DNA of 64,000 bases from Felis catus (taxonomy: Eukaryota), in the NCBI RefSeq assembly GCF_018350175.1, contig NC_058368.1:174222001-174286000 (forward strand), written 5' to 3'. Every line of letters starts with the position of its first letter. The stretch's first letter is position 1. Positions 57,701 through 64,000 of this stretch are shown in pieces. The notes below the pieces were generated by a model. That model was not told the DNA's origin and did no database searches. It was given only the letters and a program-made list of their open reading frames with translations. A program made the position numbers and the translations under genes.

Positions 57701-60700
57701 CTTGCCCCTGGGTGGGGAGAGTGACAAGAATATACAGCGATGCCTGGAGTCGGGCACATACTGTCATGCCCACTCTCGTTTGCCGCCGGTTGGTCTAGGG
57801 TTGGTCACGTGATCTGTTTCTGGCCAATGAGGCTTAAAGGAAAGTCCACGGAGGTTTCTGGGGGGAATTGTTTACCTCTCTGTTTTCCAGAGAGGGAAAA
57901 GGAGGGCCAGGGAGGTGGAGCCATGTCGGAAGTCACAGGGCTGGTCAGGGGCAGATTCAGGTTTCTAGGTCTCACAAAGTCAGAGACCAGCAGAGCCTCC
58001 TTCCCTCAGGGGCTCTATAATGACTCTTCCTCAGCCTTTGTTTCTGTAGAGACCGAGCGTGTTGAGCTACTCTGAGACCCATAACTTCTCCACGTCCTCT
58101 GCTTCCTGGTGTCACCTGTCCCCACCCAACCACTCCTGTTAATTCTACTTTGAAATATCCTCCTGAAGCTGCTTTGCCCCCACCCCCAAGGCCACCACCC
58201 AGTCTAGGCCACCATGCCCTCTCACCAGGGTCACTGCACCGTCTTTAGGATGGTCTTTCTGTGTCCCATCTTGGCCGCCATAGTGCAGGCAACTCTTTAT
58301 AAAACATAAACAGCTTACATCCCTCCAGTGGCTTCTCAGTGCCCTTGGAGCAAAGTGCAAACTTCCTGCCAAGGCTTCCCAGGTCTGAGGTCCCCTCCCG
58401 AGCCCTGTGGAGCCCTCCCACTGCTGTCAGAGCCTCACCCCCACTGCCCAGAGCCCCCTTCTCTTCTCTCTGCAGCAAGGCAGCCCTTCCTTAAGGTCTC
58501 ACTTCCCCTCCCTCCTCCTGTCTCTGTCTCCTGATGCCACAGAGCTTTTCAATCTGTAACTCTGTGTTAGCTTTTGAGGGTTTTCCAAGCCCTGTCCCCA
58601 TCACCTAGGCTGTGAGCCCTATGTGGGCAGCGAGGCAGTGTGGACTCGTGGTCAGAAAGACAGGCTCTGGACTCAGACCGAGTTCATGTGCCTGTTTGCT
58701 TCTACTTGTGGGTCTGTCCCTTGGGCAGCCTTCACATTTCTTTCTGCCTTGTTTTCCAGGCTGTAAAGAGGTGGGGATGAGAGAACCCACCTCGCTGGGT
58801 TGTTCTGAAAATTAAATGAAACAATTCCACGTAATATTCTTAGAGCAGAGCCTGGACATCAGGCAGTGTGAAAACAAATACGACAGACTTATTTCTCTTG
58901 TTCTGCCAGCTACGCCTGCCCTCGCTCCTGACACGGGGTGCTCCCCAGCAAGTGCTCGGTCAGAACGTGCTGGTGGAGGAACAAATGGATAATCTCCTTT
59001 GCTCCAGATCATGGCCCTGTGAGGTGGGAAGGCAGGTTTATTGTTCTTGTTTTGCCAAGAAGGAAACAGAGGCACAGAGGTGGCGACCAACCTGCCTGGG
59101 GCACACAGCAAGTCAGGAGCAGACACAGAAGTTGCACGGGAGGCTCTTGGCTCCCGGTCAGATGTCTGACCACCACCCATTCAGAGGATGGATGAGGCCC
59201 TGAGGAAACCCGGTGGGGATCCTCAGCCTGTCAGCAGCAGAGCGAAAGGGACTTGAGCTGTCTCCTCTTCTGGGGTCAGTGCTGGAGTTCTAATGCTTAT
59301 CAAGATGTCCTCGCTGGGCATAGAGCCAGCTGAGTGATTAGGAGGAGGCCGGCCCTGCTGCAGATGTCCTTGGGGACACAAAGGGTTGGAGATGGGGGGA
59401 GCGCAGGCCCAGATCAGGAAACACACCACACTGATACCCAGATCCTTAGCATTATCTGAGTGCCTGCCGTGTGCCTGACCCTGTGCTGAGAGTACCTGCC
59501 CAGGCTGCAGCACCAGCCTCCCCTTCTGCATGGGCTGAGCTTCTCAAATCCAGATCTAACCTCATCTCTCCTCTGCCAACGGAGGATTCTCTACCTCCTT
59601 AGATTCCTGGGCCTGGCACGCAAGGCCCTCTCCCTTATCCCTATCTCTCTGAAACTCTTTCTTTACGTGTCTACTTGTTTCTTGCCCGTCTCCGTCCTCC
59701 ACACTTAAAGCTCTGTGGCTTGTTCACTGTTGTCACTGCAGAGCCTGACACAGCACCTGGAATGTTCTGGTGCTCAGAGAATGAATGAATGAATGAATCA
59801 ACAGTGTAGCTCCAGCCACGTCTCTAGCCACATCTCCTCATGGTGTCCTCACCCTGTCCCCATCCTGGATTTTATGTCCCAATAATCCCAAGTCCCTTCA
59901 AGTTCCCAACAATGCTCTTTCATGCCTCTGTGCCTTTGCACATGCTGTTTTCATCTAGAAAACCCCCCTTCCCTGGCTTCCCGATTCTCTCCTATTAATC
60001 CACCAGGTCTCAGCTTTTTCCTGACCTTTCCTGACCTGGTCTTCAACTTCCAGGTGTTGCCCACCCCCACCCCCTATTCTGCAATGGCCTCTTTCTTACT
60101 GCTTTGGGGATTAATGATACCCTGGATCATGAGTTCCTTAAGGATGCCACGTCCAGTTTATTTCCTACACTCAGAACCTAACCAGCCTTACATCACAGAC
60201 ACTTAGTAAATGCTTGCTGAAAGGCGAATTAACTGAACGCTCACACATCCTAAGAGTTAAAGATGCTTTGTGTTTGGGAAATGTGCTTACTGCTGATGAA
60301 CAGCATGGACACTGCTTGATCCCAGGCGTAGAGTTAGGTGCTCCAGCTCTTAGTCATGGGCTGTGGAGTCCAGCAGACCTGGGGGTGAACCTCAGCCTTG
60401 CTGTGTACCAACAGGGACAGGTCTTGCAGTACTCTGTTCTTCCATTTTTCCAATTGTAAAGTGGGGACCGTAATAGGATCTTCACAAGGAGGCTGAAAGA
60501 GTTCAATGAGACGATCCTCATAAAACACTTAGCAAAAAGCCTGGCGTACAGTAAATAAATACTCAAAAAGTGTTCGCTGCTGCTATTGTTGTTGTCGTTA
60601 CCTTGGCTCCGTGTTTTGTGTTCCTTTCCATTCCACTAACTCGGTTACAGCTGCGCAAAGCAAACTTCGCCAGAAAAATAGAAAGCAAAAGCACTACATC

Positions 60701-61139
60701 AGATCATTTTTGCTCTCTGGCTGCAGAGGTACAGATCCGTGCTATAAGCCCTGCCTATGGCTTTGATTTAAGGGCTAAGAAGTCAGGATCTCCAACCTGG
60801 GGAGGTGGTGGTGGGGTGGGTAGTTGGGAGAAATCCAGGGAATACATCTCTGCAAGGCTTGTCTCAGCCAGGTCTGAACTGCCCCAGAGGCCTGATCACT
60901 AGGACCTGTCTCACCCTGGCAGCCGGTAAGCAAGAAGGCTCCACTATGAAAGAGCACAAATGGGACCCACCCCTCTTATCAAGACCAAGGGGCTCACAGA
61001 GCAAAACAGAGGCCCTTTGTGAAATCAGAAGACTGATTAGGGATCATCTGCTGTGTGGCTGGAGTTTTCACATCCATGAGCTTTCTTGAGTTTCCCAACT
61101 TCCCAGTGAATCATTGAACCTGTGGAGAAGGCTGTTGGC

Positions 61140-61462
61140 ACTTGCCAAATAACGCATAGACATCCCCCTACAATCCTTGCAGGTATGTGACAGCCATGTG
61201 ATGACTGTGGTCTAGCAGCTTGTGAGTGGAGGCGACATGGGTCACTTCTGGGCCAACGCAACTGACAGCCAGTAGACCTCCTCCATCCCTTCTATTCCCA
61301 CAGCCCTGGTGACATGGAGACCATGTGCTCTAGATGACATAGTTACTGGATACAGCAGTGCTAGGAGTGAGGGTGTGAGCGAGAACGAACCTCTGTTACG
61401 TTTGGATGTTATGTTAAGAGGTATTTGTTACTGCAGCAAAGCCTAGCTGAATCTTGACTAAC
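61140..61462 (+). mobile_element. Old MLT1 (J/I-type) LTR fragment
   Basis: tgtgagtggaggcgacatgggtcacttctgggcc...tttgttactgcagcaaagcctagc...tgactaa. Confidence 0.6.
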
Positions 61463-62006
61463 GGAAGATATGTTTCTGTTTTCCAGATGAGAAAATGTGA
61501 CCTTCTGGACGTGAAGTGATATACTCAAGGCCATCCAACTAGGAAATGGAAGGTATGGAAATGTGCCATCAGCCATTGGACTTATGCCTTTTTAAGATTC
61601 TGTTCAAGCCAGATTCTAGACTTGGCAGGACTTGGCAGGCTCAGGATCTGAAGTTGGGATGAGCCAAGAAAGCACAGCAAGAGGTCTTGGGCAGTGGCTG
61701 GGTGAGATGTGGAATCTGGGCAGATCCAAGAGATGATATAAGCAAGTGAAGGGCCTTGGCCTTAGCCTGAGAAGTGGGGTTTGGGGCTAAGGCTCAGGAT
61801 CTAGATCAGAAGGAGGTTTAGGGAGTCTGGGGTACCTAAAAGTGAACAGAATAAATCCATATGTAGAGAGCGGAATGATGAGCTCAACTCCTGAAGGGGT
61901 TATTCCAGGGACAAGATGCCTCCCAGGTTGAAAACAATAAATTCAGAGCCTGGAAAATTCAATCAAGGTTTTGGGGAGGAGAGGAGAGAGGCTCTACCCA
62001 GGGAAG

Positions 62007-62650
62007 TGTGGTAAAGTAAAGAAGATATCTGATTTTTGTCTTGGGACAGAGCTCCAAAAACCTTTGGAATTTCCTGAAAGAAGTGTCTTTGTCATGCTAA
62101 CGAACTCTAGGTGGGACCCTAGATATCTGACTTCGGCGAGTGGGGGGTGGGAGGTGTTGGAGATTGAGTTCAGTTATGTGGCCAATCATTTACTTAATCA
62201 TGCTCACATGTTGGTGAAACCCCAATAAAAACACTGACATCATGGCATGGTGGTGCTTCCTGGTTGGTGAACACATTGATGTGCCGACAAGGTGATGTGT
62301 CTGGATTCCACAAACAGAAGGCATAGAATCTCTGTGTCTCCCTCTTCAGACCTCGTCCTGTGTCCCTTCACTTGGCTGGTGCTGATTTGTATCCTATATA
62401 TCAAAACTGTAATCATAAGTCTAGTCCTTTCAATGAGTTCTGTGAGTTATTCTAGAGAATTATCAAACCTGAGGGAATCACGGGCACCTACATATTTATC
62501 GTCAGCTGGTCAGATGTGCGGGTGGCTCCCGAGATTTGTGGTTGGCATCTGGAGTGGGGACAGCTTGTGGAGGACTGAGCTTCAAACCTGTGTGAACCGG
62601 TGCTAACTCCAGGACACCCAGTTGGTACTGGGGTATTGGAGATAAATGTG
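62007..62650 (+). mobile_element. MER21C-like LTR
   Basis: ggagattgagttc...ggccaat...taatcatgc...cttcctggttggtgaacacattgatgtgc...tgagttctgtgagttattctag...ggcatctggagtggggacag. Confidence 0.8.
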
Positions 62651-64000
62651 GCCACAACTATTTGTCTGGAAGAAGAGTTTGAACAGAAGGGTTGTGTGCA
62701 AGGACTGTAGAAACAAGGATTCAGCGCATTGGTGTCCCCATCCAGAGGTGTGTCCACTCCTCTTGGTGGGTCTTCCTTGCATTGGCAATGGAAAGGACTT
62801 ATGCTCGGGTGAGGGACTCTGGTTATTGGAGCCATCCAATCACTCTCTCTACTTTTTTTTTTTTTTTTACAAAATTATCATGGCCATTATCATTATCACC
62901 ATCATCACCGTCAACATCTTCACCATCACCATCACCATTACTAACATTGATCTAGTGCTTAGCATGGGCCAGATCCTCTGCCGAATGCTTGCTACACGTC
63001 CATGGCCAACTGCCATTTGATGATCACTAGTTGAGTTGATCCAGCTCTTTTCTAGATAAGGAAACTGAGGCTGAGTGCCGCTAAATGACTTGCTGACGGT
63101 CCCGTAGATTTCCAACCAGCACTCCGTGACCTCGCCCAGAGCCCACGTTCTGCTACACCTGCCACCAGCTGGGATGTTCGAGCTGCTTCCTTCCTGCAAG
63201 TCCTTTCTGTTCCCCTCACACTTACCAGATGAATCTGCAACATTAAAGCAAAACTTGTTACCACAGTTAGTTTCAACTCACCCAGTGTTTTCCGTGCCAA
63301 AGCCTTCCCTGTGCTTTGTGGCGGTACTGTTAAGAGGTGCCTGAGGGGTGCTGTTAAGAGGTGCCTGAGAAGGGAAGCCTCGGGGCAGAGACTCCAGCAG
63401 GAGCGTGAGTGAGCCGTGGAGACCCTGACTGAGTCATCCCCCTCTCTGAGCCTCACTTTGGTAGTGTGGTTAAGTGTGGGGCTCTGTGGGGGCAGGAGAT
63501 CGGAGTGTGAATCTTGTCCAGTAGCTAAGCCGATTTCCCTATGTCCTTCGCTATGAAATCGGCCATCTAATGATCCCTGCTTCATAGGGTCGTTGTGAGA
63601 AGTGAAGTTAAACGTGTAAATAAATGCCTTAGGACAGGGCCTGGCAGGCAGCGGAAGCTTGGTGGTTATAAACTGCTACTGGCCCAGGCCCGCTCCTGTT
63701 CAGCTCCAGGCCCGCTCTGATTACTGGCCTAATGAGAGAACCTCATACGGATCTAGTCCCAACGGCTTCCAACTTGCTGTATGACCTCAGACGAGCCACT
63801 TTCTTTCTCTGGCCCTCAGTTTCCCCAGTTGAACTCCAGGGTCCCACCCGGCATCCGTCTTTCCTTTTTTTCCGGAGATTTTTCACTGCTTCCTCCCTTC
63901 CAGGCCCTGATTCTGCCAGGGCCTGCCCAGGGTGGTGCCCGTCCCTGGCTGCACAGCCAAGTGGTGAATGTCACCCTTGCCTGCCTGCCAGCGGTTCAGA

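Overview
Eukaryotic (mammalian) genomic DNA from a feliform carnivore, most likely a felid, judged from the feline-type Can-SINEs (SINEC_Fc) and a dog-like receptor sequence. The only convincing protein-coding gene is HRH2 (histamine H2 receptor) on the minus strand. It has a CpG-island promoter and non-coding exon 1 at ~40.3 kb, a ~21 kb intron, and a coding exon (18935 down to 17353) carrying a 503-nt uATG-rich leader and the complete 359-aa ORF. The stop codon overlaps a splice donor, so alternative C-termini are possible. The rest is intronic or intergenic DNA with a 5'-intact but 3'-deleted LINE-1, 12 Can-SINEs (many with visible TSDs), a full-length 7SK retropseudogene with a nested SINE, MaLR/ERV LTRs, hAT DNA transposons, MIR/L2 relics and microsatellites. 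I found no CRISPR array, prokaryotic system or convincingly novel gene. The most interesting signals are the HRH2 stop/donor switch, a frameshifted counterpart of the human alternative last exon, and the nested retroposition cluster at 48.3-49.3 kb. Repeat subfamily names and cross-species comparisons are from recalled consensus sequences, not from a search.
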